The notes: generated by a model from the letters alone, not told the origin. DNA of 64,000 bases from Candidatus Poribacteria bacterium (GCA_965116925.1 OZ220744.1:4480001-4544000), one strand, 5' to 3'. Shown: positions 10,420 to 20,159, numbered from the stretch's first letter. Numbers and translations: made by a program.

Positions 10420-11658
10420 TTAAAGCAGCATCAAGACCTCTTCTTGAGCGGGGAGGGTTGTCACAACTACGCCTTCAGATGTGAGATCCGCTATAAAGAC
10501 ATTAATCTCAGTCCTAACGCCGAACTTGGGGAGGTAGATTCCCGGTTCAATCGAGAAGCAGACACCGGGGATTAGCGCACGCTCGTCTTTCGTTTCCAGA
10601 TTGTCGATATTGACGCCGTTGCCGTGTATCTCTGTCCCGATGCTATGTCCGGTCCGGTGGATAAAAAACTCGCCATACCCTCTCTGTGTTATGTAGCTTC
10701 GCACCAAATCATCGACAGCATAGCCGTAAACCGCCTCACCCGTCGCGAAGCTCTCCCGGATAAACGAAACAGCGAGATCTCGCGCATCACGGACGATCTC
10801 GAATACCTCGACATAGCGTTGAGGGGCGTTCGTGCCGGCGTAGGCAACCCAGGTCGTGTCCGCATAGACGGCGTCCGGCGCCTTCTGCTTTGCCCATAAA
10901 TCAATCAGTACGAAATCCCCCGGCTGGATAGGTTGGTGTTGATCCGCTGTCGGATAGTAGTGCGGATCGCTAGCTTTTGCGTTGACCGCCACAATTGGCG
11001 GGTGTCCCGGTATCAGATCCTCAGCGTCAAAGCGTTCCATGATGAAACTTTGCACATCATACTCCGTTACCGGTGTTCCATCGCGTAACCGTTTTCGCAA
11101 CCACGCAAACGCCTCGTCTTTAATTTCCAGTATCAGATGTGCCGATTCCAGATGTCCAGCAAACTGATCGGCGTTCCAGCGTGCTTCGGACTGTTGCACT
11201 AGATCCGCGGAGGAGACCACTTCAATCCCCAAAGAGCGTATCAATTCAACTGTGCCGGCGTCCACCCTCGAAATGTAAGGGATGGCAGCAAAAGGGGAAT
11301 ATTCCATCGCAACGCGACTACTATCCGCGAGGATGGTTTCCATCTCACGTTGTAGTTCACCCCAATCGGTATAGCTCCTGACTTCGCCGAGAACGTCGGT
11401 AAAATGGGAAACTTCAATCCGGTGGACGAGCCATATCGGCATTCCCTCCGATGGAATATAGCAGAACCAACGTCGGGTGATACCGGGATCATCAATGCCA
11501 GCGACGTTTCGTGCAATTGGATTTGACCCCCGAAAATCGTACAGCAACCAACCGTCGAGCTGCTTTGAATCCCGATCCTTGCGTCGAGAATGCTTTGAAT
11601 TTCGCTGAGATCCACTTCGCTTCTCGGTGAGAAAGTGTTGAATTTCCTCAATGTTCAT
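10420..11658 (-). CDS. M24 family Xaa-Pro peptidase
   Basis: DPHY, LIDLW, YADTT, HRTGHSIG, FSIEPGIY, GVRTE metal ligands; ATG overlaps upstream stop (TAATG). Confidence 0.9.
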   Translation of the reverse strand: MNIEEIQHFLTEKRSGSQRNSKHSRRKDRDSKQLDGWLLYDFRGSNPIARNVAGIDDPGITRRWFCYIPSEGMPIWLVHRIEVSHFTDVLGEVRSYTDWGELQREMETILADSSRVAMEYSPFAAIPYISRVDAGTVELIRSLGIEVVSSADLVQQSEARWNADQFAGHLESAHLILEIKDEAFAWLRKRLRDGTPVTEYDVQSFIMERFDAEDLIPGHPPIVAVNAKASDPHYYPTADQHQPIQPGDFVLIDLWAKQKAPDAVYADTTWVAYAGTNAPQRYVEVFEIVRDARDLAVSFIRESFATGEAVYGYAVDDLVRSYITQRGYGEFFIHRTGHSIGTEIHGNGVNIDNLETKDERALIPGVCFSIEPGIYLPKFGVRTEINVFIADLTSEGVVVTTLPAQEEVLMLL

Positions 11659-12806
11659 TAATCTCTCCTCTGCTGTCGCATCTGTTCCATATACCACTCC
11701 CTACCCAAAATATTTTTCTTATAATGCCAGCGTGACTGCTGTGGCTGCATCACTAGACTTCGATCCTCAATGGGAAACTTCACAGGGGTGTGTCCTCGCC
11801 TGTGGGATTCCCTCAAGCCGATGGCTATCTCTAACGCATGGCGTAAGTCGTCTCCGGTGGTTATCTTGAGCGGGGCACCCGTTTCCAGTGAATCGACAAT
11901 CGCCTGAACGATCCCTTTCATCGGTGTGCCTGGATCGAGCCATCCTTCGTCGTCGTAACCTCGTTCCGTCGTGTCATATTCTTCAAACAAACCTTTGACT
12001 TCTCTAAGCTCGGCGGGTCCCCGCTGGGTGTTATTGTTCTTCAAGAGATGGAGACCAAGACCAGTGTTGTTCCAGTTATATATCACTCCCTTGGAACCGA
12101 TGATCTCAATGCCCTTCCACCCGATCTCCTTGTAGTTGCTGAAGCACTCTACCCCGTTGGAGAAGCGGATGTAACCGCCGATCTTTCCGAATCCGGTCTT
12201 AGCCTCATCGTACGGATGTTCGTGGTCGCTGAAGGGATCACCGTCCACCCAGCCGACTACCCAATCGACGGGTGCCTTGCCTGCGAACTTGCGGGCTAAG
12301 TTAAGCCCATGACACCCACCCTGATTGTTAGGGCTATACAGGTCAATCCGCTGGATTTCGCCTATCTCACCGGCTGCGACCAATTCGTAGGCTTTCTGGT
12401 AATCTGGATGGCTTGAGATGACAAGTCCTGCGGCGAAGTGAATGCCACGCGAGCGGCATGCCTCCACCATGCGGTCGGCATCTTTGAGGCTAGCGGTGAG
12501 TGGTTTCTCGCAGAAAATTGCCTTGACACCTGCCTCCGCTGAAGCGACAACAGCATCGGCGTTGGGGCGTACCGGCAGGACCGGCATCGCAATATCGATC
12601 TGCTCGCTCTTAAACATCTCGTCGAAGGTGTTGTAGCCCGGAACATTGAAATGTCTACAACCTAGTGCTAAATTTTCGGGATCGGTGTCGGCGATGGCGA
12701 CGACCCCACACAACGGATGGAGGTCGAAAGCACGGGCGCGGCCTGTGCCTGCCCTCCCGCAGCCGATGACGCCAACGCGATATTTGGGATCTTTGGAATT
12801 GGGCAT
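11658..12806 (-). CDS. Gfo/Idh/MocA family oxidoreductase
   Basis: VGVIGCGRAG, IFCEKP motif. Confidence 0.9.
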   Translation of the reverse strand: MPNSKDPKYRVGVIGCGRAGTGRARAFDLHPLCGVVAIADTDPENLALGCRHFNVPGYNTFDEMFKSEQIDIAMPVLPVRPNADAVVASAEAGVKAIFCEKPLTASLKDADRMVEACRSRGIHFAAGLVISSHPDYQKAYELVAAGEIGEIQRIDLYSPNNQGGCHGLNLARKFAGKAPVDWVVGWVDGDPFSDHEHPYDEAKTGFGKIGGYIRFSNGVECFSNYKEIGWKGIEIIGSKGVIYNWNNTGLGLHLLKNNNTQRGPAELREVKGLFEEYDTTERGYDDEGWLDPGTPMKGIVQAIVDSLETGAPLKITTGDDLRHALEIAIGLRESHRRGHTPVKFPIEDRSLVMQPQQSRWHYKKNILGREWYMEQMRQQRRD

Positions 12807-12830
12807 ATTCTCTCCTCGGTGAACTCGGTT

Positions 12831-13880
12831 TTAAACACCTGTAAACGCCTTGGGTTTGTCTTCCGATTTGACGGATCGGGTCCGTTTTGCCTCCCGTTGT
12901 GGGAATTTCAGGTCTCCGGCAAGCCCTACGCCGATACCGCAGAGTATCACCGCCCCGCCGATGATCTGCGCGGTCATTGGGATTTCACCGAGTATCAGGA
13001 ATGCGAAGATGACCCCAGCAATTGGTGAAAATGCAGAGGCTAACGAAATATCAGCCGGTGTGACTCGTTTGATCCCCGAAAACCAGCAGAGTTGACCGCC
13101 AACGACAATAACGCTCCCGTACAACGCCATCCATCCCCAGAGAACGGGTCTGAAAAGATCCATAAAGTGTCCTGGGCCAAGCATAATGAGCACGACGACC
13201 AGAAAGATGATCGAGCCGACAAAATTGCGGAAAACGCTGAAGACCCCCAAAGGGATTGATCGAAGTTGCTTACGCCCGAGTTCTGCCCCAAGCACTAGAA
13301 GAAATGTGCCAACCGTTGCGTAGATTTCGCCGCGTCCAATACCGCCGCTCATTTGACCTTGCTGCATCATTTCGCTGGGTTGACCCGTCTGTAACCAGAG
13401 GGTTGTTGCGACGCCGCCCAGAGCCAGAAACGCACCGATGACCGCGCTCCAACTCGATTTCTCCCGGTATAATAGCCACGCCAAGAATAGACCCAGTGGG
13501 ATTTCGACTGTTTCGATCAGCACAATGTTTGTGACCGAGGTTCGTTCAATGGCTTGGAACATCAGCGACGGTGCCAATGCGCCTGATGTAGCCGCCAAGA
13601 TAAGCTGTATAAGCCACTGTTTGGGGGTCAGTTTTTTGAGTTTGGAGGGTCGCCAGTCTCTGTGGAAGATGATCAATAGCGTCAGTCCAGCGACGACGTT
13701 TCCGGCGAATAGCAGGTTGCAGAACGCTATCGGATTCCGTCCGTCGAGCAGCGCGTTTTCGCCGATCATTATCAACTTGGCGACCACCGCCGAGGCGGCA
13801 CCGAATATCAGGATCGCGAGCCATAGGTAGATTTTTCCTTTTTTGGATTCGGTGGAATCTATTTCGGGGTTTTGTGTCAT
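12831..13880 (-). CDS. EamA/DMT family transporter
   Basis: ~10 TM helices in two repeats, AFLILGEIP. Confidence 0.85.
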   Translation of the reverse strand: MTQNPEIDSTESKKGKIYLWLAILIFGAASAVVAKLIMIGENALLDGRNPIAFCNLLFAGNVVAGLTLLIIFHRDWRPSKLKKLTPKQWLIQLILAATSGALAPSLMFQAIERTSVTNIVLIETVEIPLGLFLAWLLYREKSSWSAVIGAFLALGGVATTLWLQTGQPSEMMQQGQMSGGIGRGEIYATVGTFLLVLGAELGRKQLRSIPLGVFSVFRNFVGSIIFLVVVLIMLGPGHFMDLFRPVLWGWMALYGSVIVVGGQLCWFSGIKRVTPADISLASAFSPIAGVIFAFLILGEIPMTAQIIGGAVILCGIGVGLAGDLKFPQREAKRTRSVKSEDKPKAFTGV

Positions 13881-13891
13881 GGGGGTTATTA

Positions 13892-14092
13892 TAACCTAAA
13901 TTGCTGGTTTGGTAAAGAGGCAATAAAAATAGGGAACAACGATTGTTGTTCCCTACGGGCTCCCTGATGGTGCCCCTGCTGTAGTTGCCCGATTCATCGG
14001 GCGTTGGAAACGATGTCCTACGGCGATGAAGTACCGAATTACAGGGCTTGGGGCGTTCAACTGCACAACTCCTAACCTAGCAACTTGGGTTA
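13892..14092. mobile_element. Putative MITE (imperfect 16-bp TIRs) carrying REP-like hairpins
   Basis: TAACCTAAATTGCTGG ... CTAGCAACTTGGGTTA; internal palindromes at 13930-13955 and 13981-14003; same end motif at 2337-2352 and 61116-61131. Confidence 0.5.
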
Positions 14093-14241
14093 GTATAGTT
14101 TAAGATATTGATATAATCAGAATTGCCTCGTCAATAACAATTCGATCTGTCCAGTTCTGCAGAGATTCGGATTGCATACGTTTACCCTCCTTTTTGGTTC
14201 CAACTGTATCAGATTGCGTTTAATTCAATAGGATGTCACCC

Positions 14242-15069
14242 CTAGAAAAAGGGGTTATGCGCTTTTTCTTCGCCGACGGTTGTAGCAGGACCGTGTCCGG
14301 GAAAGAGTTTCGTATTGTCGGGCAGTGAGAGCAGGTAATTCTTGACACCGGAGAGTAGATCGGTGTACGAAATATTCGCACCGCCGACGGATCCCGCAAA
14401 TAGCGCGTCGCCGACAATCACTGTGGAACGGGTGTGGAAGCTGCAACCGCCGGGCGTGTGTCCGGGGGTGTCGAGCGTTTTCACAGAGAGGTTACCGACC
14501 GCCACGTCATCTCCATGACTTAGGAGTCGAAATTGTTGGGTGCTGCGCGGCTGTGGTTCCCGTGCATGGATGTATGTCGGGCAGCCTGTCGCCCGTTCGA
14601 CCTCCATCAAACCGTTGGCGTGATCGCCGTGGGCGTGGGTCAGCAGGATTGAGGTCGGCTTGACGCCGGTCTCTTCCACCTTCTGCAGCACATCGTCTGG
14701 GTGCGCAGCGGTGTCGATGATGGCAGCCTCATTGGTCGCTTTGCAGACTAGTAGGTACGCATGGACGGGCCAGCCGCCAACATCGGCGGTAATAGTGACA
14801 ACTTCTAAAGCGTCGTCGTAGCCCGGTGGGACAGGTTGGGGTCCCCAGCGTTCCATCGCAATGTCCGCCAATCGTGCGCCGTTGAGATTGAGGCATTCTG
14901 CGATTTTGTGGACTTGGTCTTCTGTCGGTTCCAGTGTGTAGTCTTCCATCTGAGACAGTTGTGCCTCTGTGATGCTTGTTTGGGCAGCAACGTCGCTAAC
15001 GCTCAGACCGTTCCCACGTCTTGCCTTGCCGATGATGTCTCCGAATTCGTCTTCAAGTGTGTAAGCCAT
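14242..15069 (-). CDS. MBL-fold metallo-hydrolase (glyoxalase II-like) with N-terminal XRE-type HTH
   Basis: N-terminal HTH (ARRGNGLSVSDVAAQTSITEAQLSQME); THAHGDH, TPGHTPG, GDALF, PGHG. Confidence 0.85.
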   Translation of the reverse strand: MAYTLEDEFGDIIGKARRGNGLSVSDVAAQTSITEAQLSQMEDYTLEPTEDQVHKIAECLNLNGARLADIAMERWGPQPVPPGYDDALEVVTITADVGGWPVHAYLLVCKATNEAAIIDTAAHPDDVLQKVEETGVKPTSILLTHAHGDHANGLMEVERATGCPTYIHAREPQPRSTQQFRLLSHGDDVAVGNLSVKTLDTPGHTPGGCSFHTRSTVIVGDALFAGSVGGANISYTDLLSGVKNYLLSLPDNTKLFPGHGPATTVGEEKAHNPFF

Positions 15070-15156
15070 TGTTGATTATCTCCTTTGTTGGGGTTAAATA
15101 AAAGTATTAAAACATCCGCGAATTAACGCGAATCTTTGCGAATAAAAAAGAAAGAC

Positions 15157-15263
15157 TATAGTAGATTTTAGAATTAATGAGACACTCAAAACCGGCGCAG
15201 TTGGAAACAGCACCTACCAAACATGGGGGCGAAAGTGTCTCTTTATTTTTTGAATTCACTATA
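15157..15263. mobile_element. MITE family A, short copy (107 bp)
   Basis: Ends TATAGTAGATT...AATTCACTATA with inner GAGACAC/GTGTCTC inverted repeat; left end near-identical to the 15428 copy. Confidence 0.65.
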
Positions 15264-15427
15264 AAAGCAACTTGTAGTTGCCCTATTGTAGATGGATTTT
15301 CTAAAATCGACATTTGAGTGTCGAGATATGATCCTCGACCTACTTTACAGAATTTTTGTAAAAAGTGTTAGATTTTGTTAGATTTTGACAATTTGAATTG
15401 TCCCAAGCACAAAACATCAGTTCAAGT

Positions 15428-15565
15428 TATAGTAGATCTTAGAATTAATGAGACACTCCCAATGCACAGCTAACCCCCTAAATCCCCCTTATCAGGGGGA
15501 CTTTGGAAACCTCGCCAAGGTCGGAGTTATTGGTAAATGTCTACTTATTTATCTCATTCACCATA
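15428..15565. mobile_element. MITE family A, 138-bp copy
   Basis: Colinear and highly similar to 20908-21045; TA-terminated imperfect TIRs; inner CCCCCTTATCAGGGGG hairpin. Confidence 0.75.
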
Positions 15566-15601
15566 ATTTTGTATTAAGTGGCAGCTTGAGCATAAAACTA
15601 C

Positions 15602-18451
15602 TCACTCATTTCGGTTCTCGCTCAACCCAGAGGTGTGCTCATGGATGCGTTGACGTTCGATATTCGCGTATGGGTCAGCACGACGGGTGATGCCGGTGAT
15701 GGCGTCGACGGATTCATCCGCCTTGAACCGCAAATACAGTTTCTGCGCTTTCGCTGCCATCACCTCATTTTTGAGCGCACGGTAGCAGAGCATCATGTTG
15801 TAGTGGGCATCCAGATCCTCTGGATCGACCGCCAATGTCTTCTGAAATTCAGCGAGTGCTGCTTCGTACTTTCGCTGAAGGTAGAGCAGCCTGCCAATCT
15901 CATTGAGAATCCGTCGATCTCGTGGAAATTGGAGGGCGGCTGTCCGTAGATGTTCGAGCGCATCGTCATATTTTCCGTACGCTTTTTGGACTAGCGCGTA
16001 GAGGTAATGCACCTTCGCTCGGTGGGGATTGTCAGGGGGAAGCCGTTTCTGGAGTGCCATTGCTTTTTCAAGCATTTGTTCCGCCCCTCTCATATCGCCC
16101 TCTTGAATGCGACACCGTGCGACGTTGACCCAGCCGTCCATATAGTCTGGCTCAATTTCCGTGACTCTTTGGAACACCGCTTCCGCACCCTTGAGATCGC
16201 CCTGAAGAAATAGCCCGATACCGTAGTCGTTCCAACGCTCACGGTGGTTCGATTGCGGACTTTCTCTTGATTGACCAATTATAGGATCGTTTGAGTTTTC
16301 TTGATCCATTACCCGTAAGGTTGCCGTATCCTCTGCCATGGGGACGATTGGCAGATTGGGAATCGCCTTGACTTTCCCGGCGACATCCGATGTATTCCCT
16401 GTGAAGATCCAACGTCCATCGTCATAGCCTTTATCCACCTGAAAATCGGTGTCCTCCGGGTCTCGTACGCCCGCATAAGCCCACTGTGTATGCCACCAGT
16501 TGAATTTGCGGTAATTCAGTTTTGCGTGCAGCTGAATCTCGTCCCCGCAATCCGGTGGGATGGAGAGTCGATAGTGAACGGTATCCGCAGCACCGGGGGG
16601 AATGGTGTTCGCATAGAGGACAGTCCGCGCCGCCCAAGCGTTGCGTTTGTTGATAAGGTTTCCGTGTTCATCTAACATATACGCCCGATAGAAATGCGCC
16701 CCCGGATCAACGGGTCCATTTCCATCTTCCGCTTCAATTTGCCCGCTCCAGAAGATGACCTTTCCGTTTTCGTCCGTCGCCTTCAGTTCCAACCAGAGAT
16801 CGAAGGCATCAATTGTGCCGGCGGGGAATCGGTGCCCCACATTCCTTGTCCGAACAACAACATCAACCCGAACCTCCTCACCGCGCTGAACTGTTGGGTT
16901 GGAATCGTTGATGGGGGCGACAATCTTTGTTATGTCGGTTACTGTGCCGATAGCGTGCCCCTGACTTCCGCCCTCCATCATACTAAATGCGCGGAGTTGA
17001 GGGTTGGGGCGGGAGGTACTAACACCTCCATGAAATTGGGGTTGAATCGGTGTTGCAGGACTGAGCGCGAAGATATCGACGCTCACCTGATTATTCTGGA
17101 GGAAGTCGATTGTTGCCTTGAGTTGTTCGTCGTGCTTGTTCACGAAAGGGAGTGCCGTATTCGCTGCGGGAAAGCGGTGGCTGTGAACCTTTCCGTCGAT
17201 ATTCGCTGCGTCTTTCGAGGGAACTAACGGCATGTGGCAGTCAACACACTTCTTCGGTTCTTCGGGGTAGTAGAAGGACAACGCCCCCTGATGGGAGACA
17301 CCGCTCATCTGCCACTGATCGTAGTCGTCAAAGCCACGAAACCATCGGAAATTGTTGACCGGCACATCAAGATGTACCTTGTGGCAGGTGGAACAAAACT
17401 CTGCGGTGTTCTGACGGTGGAACGGCTTAAGGAAACTCTTTTTGTGGGGTTCGGGATCGAGGCGGATGAGGTAATTGTGAAGTTTGCGGATTGCGGTATT
17501 TTCGCTGGCTGCCATTTCATGAAGGGGTGGATATTTGATAACATATCCGCTGTTGCCCATTGTATCTTTGACCTTCTCCATCGAGTGGCACGCTGTGCAC
17601 GCGAGTCCGGCTTGGGCGGCGGGTGTGTGCAGATTCTCCCGAATCGGTCGATCCATCACGCCGTTGAGCAAGATTGCGGGGTCGTGACATCCACCGCACC
17701 ACTTGGATGGTTGGATCCCGTTGACAGCCTGCATATACATGACCGATTTGCGATACCACTGATTGTTGAAGGAGGCGAAGTGATGCGCCGATTCGTTCCA
17801 CTGTTTGTAGATGTCGGGGTGGCATCCACTCTCGGCACAGGTTTGGGAGGTCAGAAAGAAGTCGGTGGGGATCAGATCGCCGGTATAGGTCTCGACGGAG
17901 GCGGGGAAGAAGGGACCATCGGTGCCGCCGCCTTCCTCATACATGCTGGTTGGCGGAGAGAGTGGGTTTTTTACAAGGTAATCTGGGTTGGGTCGATAGT
18001 GTTGGATTAGCCTCGCCACGATGGGGAACAGCAGGCTGATGAGGAGAACGATCCCGGTGGCTTGCGCTGCTCTGCGTGAAAATTCGGTCTCCGTGCGTCT
18101 CCCCAAGATCAGTAGGTGTCCGACAAATAGGATTGTGCCGAGTGTTACGGTGATGATGTGGACGACGAGCAGCCAGCGATTAGGGGTAGTGGCACCGACA
18201 AACATCAGGTACACACCCGAAATCGCCCCGATTCCCAGAGAAACTACCCCGCCTTTACCGATAATCGACATCCCATCGAAACACTTGCACACGTAGACAA
18301 TGAACGGGACGATTAGTGCAACGCCGAGGACGATGTGGATTAGGACGTTCCCGATGTAAAATAGGGTCGGTTCGCCGAAGCTGATCAGGTACGCGCTGTT
18401 GATCAGCAGGATTAGGAAACCGAGAAGTAGGAGTTTTGTCGAGAGTCGCAT
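15602..18451 (-). CDS. Membrane-anchored multiheme cytochrome c with C-terminal TPR repeats
   Basis: N-terminal TM helices; CGGCH, CTACH, CSTCH, CVDCH plus atypical CAESGCH; TPRs from ERWNDYGIG onward; ATG 18451 preferred over TTG 18556. Confidence 0.85.
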   Translation of the reverse strand: MRLSTKLLLLGFLILLINSAYLISFGEPTLFYIGNVLIHIVLGVALIVPFIVYVCKCFDGMSIIGKGGVVSLGIGAISGVYLMFVGATTPNRWLLVVHIITVTLGTILFVGHLLILGRRTETEFSRRAAQATGIVLLISLLFPIVARLIQHYRPNPDYLVKNPLSPPTSMYEEGGGTDGPFFPASVETYTGDLIPTDFFLTSQTCAESGCHPDIYKQWNESAHHFASFNNQWYRKSVMYMQAVNGIQPSKWCGGCHDPAILLNGVMDRPIRENLHTPAAQAGLACTACHSMEKVKDTMGNSGYVIKYPPLHEMAASENTAIRKLHNYLIRLDPEPHKKSFLKPFHRQNTAEFCSTCHKVHLDVPVNNFRWFRGFDDYDQWQMSGVSHQGALSFYYPEEPKKCVDCHMPLVPSKDAANIDGKVHSHRFPAANTALPFVNKHDEQLKATIDFLQNNQVSVDIFALSPATPIQPQFHGGVSTSRPNPQLRAFSMMEGGSQGHAIGTVTDITKIVAPINDSNPTVQRGEEVRVDVVVRTRNVGHRFPAGTIDAFDLWLELKATDENGKVIFWSGQIEAEDGNGPVDPGAHFYRAYMLDEHGNLINKRNAWAARTVLYANTIPPGAADTVHYRLSIPPDCGDEIQLHAKLNYRKFNWWHTQWAYAGVRDPEDTDFQVDKGYDDGRWIFTGNTSDVAGKVKAIPNLPIVPMAEDTATLRVMDQENSNDPIIGQSRESPQSNHRERWNDYGIGLFLQGDLKGAEAVFQRVTEIEPDYMDGWVNVARCRIQEGDMRGAEQMLEKAMALQKRLPPDNPHRAKVHYLYALVQKAYGKYDDALEHLRTAALQFPRDRRILNEIGRLLYLQRKYEAALAEFQKTLAVDPEDLDAHYNMMLCYRALKNEVMAAKAQKLYLRFKADESVDAITGITRRADPYANIERQRIHEHTSGLSENRNE

Positions 18452-18484
18452 GGCTGGGGCTTTCTCTTGACTACAGTTTTGAGT

Positions 18485-18514
18485 TTGACAAGGGTTTGGA
18501 AGGGGTTGTATAAT
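18485..18514 (+). promoter_or_regulatory. Consensus sigma70 promoter (Pc-like) reading into cassette region
   Basis: TTGACA-18bp-TATAAT, perfect hexamers. Confidence 0.7.
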
Positions 18515-18580
18515 TCTATCAAGTTTTTCCAGTGGTTTCAACTGGAAAGTTTTCAATCAAGATTATGCAGAAAAAGATCT

Positions 18581-18599
18581 GCATAATTTGGAGTTAGGT
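18581..18599 (+). other. attI-like simple site / cassette left junction
   Basis: GCATAAT-5bp-GTTAGGT (7-bp L box, 5-bp spacer, GTTRRRY R box), ending 12 bp before the ORF at 18612. Confidence 0.45.
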
Positions 18600-18611
18600 T
18601 GAGGTGATATC

Positions 18612-19289
18612 ATGCGAACATTGCTGAAAAATTTACTAGGCATTAATAGAAGATCAAAATCTCGCGGATGGGCTGATGCGGAAACAGATATTCCTGAGGT
18701 TCTTGTGGCTATAGGAAGCATTCTTTTCATGGACTCTGATGTTTTGAAGAAAATGAAAATTAAGAAGTTCAAACTTTCAAGGGAAGGTGAGAACATGGTG
18801 CATTCTGCGCTAACAGGATTAGGAATATTTGTTGTATTACAATCCATTCCAAATGCAGTAGGCAGACTTGAATTGAACCCAGAAAAAACTCAGAACATCA
18901 TTGAACAAATTACGAAAGATCTACGAGGCGCATTCTTTCAACAGTTGCTTACCAATGGAATGCTTCCAGATGAATTACTGATGTATCAGAGCAGAATTAT
19001 ATCTCCACTTTTTGAGGATATAAATAACTTGCTCTATCATGTGAGTTTTGGAGGAAGCCTACAATCCCGCTATCCGTGGGGGATTCTTGGAATAGTCTTT
19101 GAGAGAGTATTAGGAGAGCAAACAGCCCGTGAGATTAAAGAAAACGATGTTTTTTTATTTATAGAAGCTCGGATGTATTTTGATGCCCTGTTTGTTGAGT
19201 CAATAAAATCATTCCAAACGGGAGATATGGCAAATCAGATTGATAACATACTGCGTTCACCAATGGGAAGTCAATATGGAATATCATGA
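18612..19289 (+). CDS. Hypothetical protein, probable integron gene cassette ORF
   Basis: AT-rich 225-aa ORF with GAGG RBS, bounded by GTTRRRY and attC. Confidence 0.65.
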   Translation: MRTLLKNLLGINRRSKSRGWADAETDIPEVLVAIGSILFMDSDVLKKMKIKKFKLSREGENMVHSALTGLGIFVVLQSIPNAVGRLELNPEKTQNIIEQITKDLRGAFFQQLLTNGMLPDELLMYQSRIISPLFEDINNLLYHVSFGGSLQSRYPWGILGIVFERVLGEQTAREIKENDVFLFIEARMYFDALFVESIKSFQTGDMANQIDNILRSPMGSQYGIS

Positions 19290-19298
19290 GCAGATTAT

Positions 19299-19408
19299 GC
19301 CTAACCAACTGTTGCAGTTAGTGGTGGGCTTTGATTCGTCGGGAGTTTTTCGGTGCTCCCTACTTTCCTAGGCCCGTGTAGTGGACAGCTGAGCTCGTAT
19401 TGTTAAGC
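19299..19408 (+). mobile_element. attC recombination site (110 bp)
   Basis: R'' GCCTAAC, 5 bp, L'' GTTGCAG ... L' CTGAGC, R' GTTAAGC; begins 9 bp after the stop codon. Confidence 0.7.
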
Positions 19409-19428
19409 GTTGCGAGTGGGAAAAAGAC

Positions 19429-19713
19429 GTGGGACTGAAATTTGAATGGGATAATCGAAAAGCAGAAGAAAATCTGAAAAGGCATAGTGTTTCTTTTGAG
19501 GAAGCGAGTACGGTCTTTTCCGATTTCCTGTCTTTGACCATTCCTGATCCACTTCACTCAGAAGAAGAGGAGAGGTTAGTAATTATCGGATACTCTGAGA
19601 GACAAAGACTTTTAGTCATTGTTCATACAGAAAGAGGGGATGTCATTCGCATCATCTCTGCCCGACGGGCAACAACCTATGAAAGAATAACCTATGAAGA
19701 AAGCAACAACTAA
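19429..19713 (+). CDS. BrnT family toxin
   Basis: FEWDNRKAEENLKRHSVSFEEA ... IRIISARRAT. Confidence 0.9.
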   Translation: MGLKFEWDNRKAEENLKRHSVSFEEASTVFSDFLSLTIPDPLHSEEEERLVIIGYSERQRLLVIVHTERGDVIRIISARRATTYERITYEESNN

Positions 19714-19912
19714 TCCGCAAGATTCGGATTTACTTGATGAATACGATTTCAGTGAAGGGGTTCGGGGCAAATATGCCCAGAGATACCGGGAAGGCACAAA
19801 TATTATTAGGCTTGATGATGATGTTGCCAAAATATTCCCTGATGCTAAATCAGTGAATTCTGCCTTGAGAGCATTGGGAAAAATTATTGACCAGCATCAA
19901 CAAAAGGCATAG
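19694..19912 (+). CDS. BrnA-like antitoxin
   Basis: EYDFSEGVRGKYA...RLDDDVAKIFPDAKSVNSALR; overlaps the brnT-like gene. Confidence 0.75.
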   Translation: MKKATTNPQDSDLLDEYDFSEGVRGKYAQRYREGTNIIRLDDDVAKIFPDAKSVNSALRALGKIIDQHQQKA

Positions 19913-19918
19913 CAAGTT

Positions 19919-20125
19919 ATGGACACAAAGCTTATACAATCCGATCCATCAATCATGATGGGTAATCCTTTCATCGCAGGTACACGCATCACAGTAGAAT
20001 TGATTCTGGAAAAACTCGCTGCAGGTGAAACTGTTGAGCAACTCCTTGAAGCACATCCACGCTTGACTAAGGAAGGAATTCAAGCAGCACTTCGCTTTAA
20101 CACGCAAGAATTATGGTCGAGGTAG
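19919..20125 (+). CDS. DUF433 family antitoxin-like protein (no partner toxin seen)
   Basis: DPSIMMGNPFIAGTRITVELILE...HPRLTKEGIQAAL. Confidence 0.85.
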   Translation: MDTKLIQSDPSIMMGNPFIAGTRITVELILEKLAAGETVEQLLEAHPRLTKEGIQAALRFNTQELWSR

Positions 20126-20159
20126 ATAGTGTAGTTAGAGGCAAGGAAAAGAAAAGATT

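Noticed and set aside
15448..15690. Small ORFs 15448-15690, 20925-21164, 22034-22249 and 23184-23438
   Set aside because: They are translations of MITE/REP repeats
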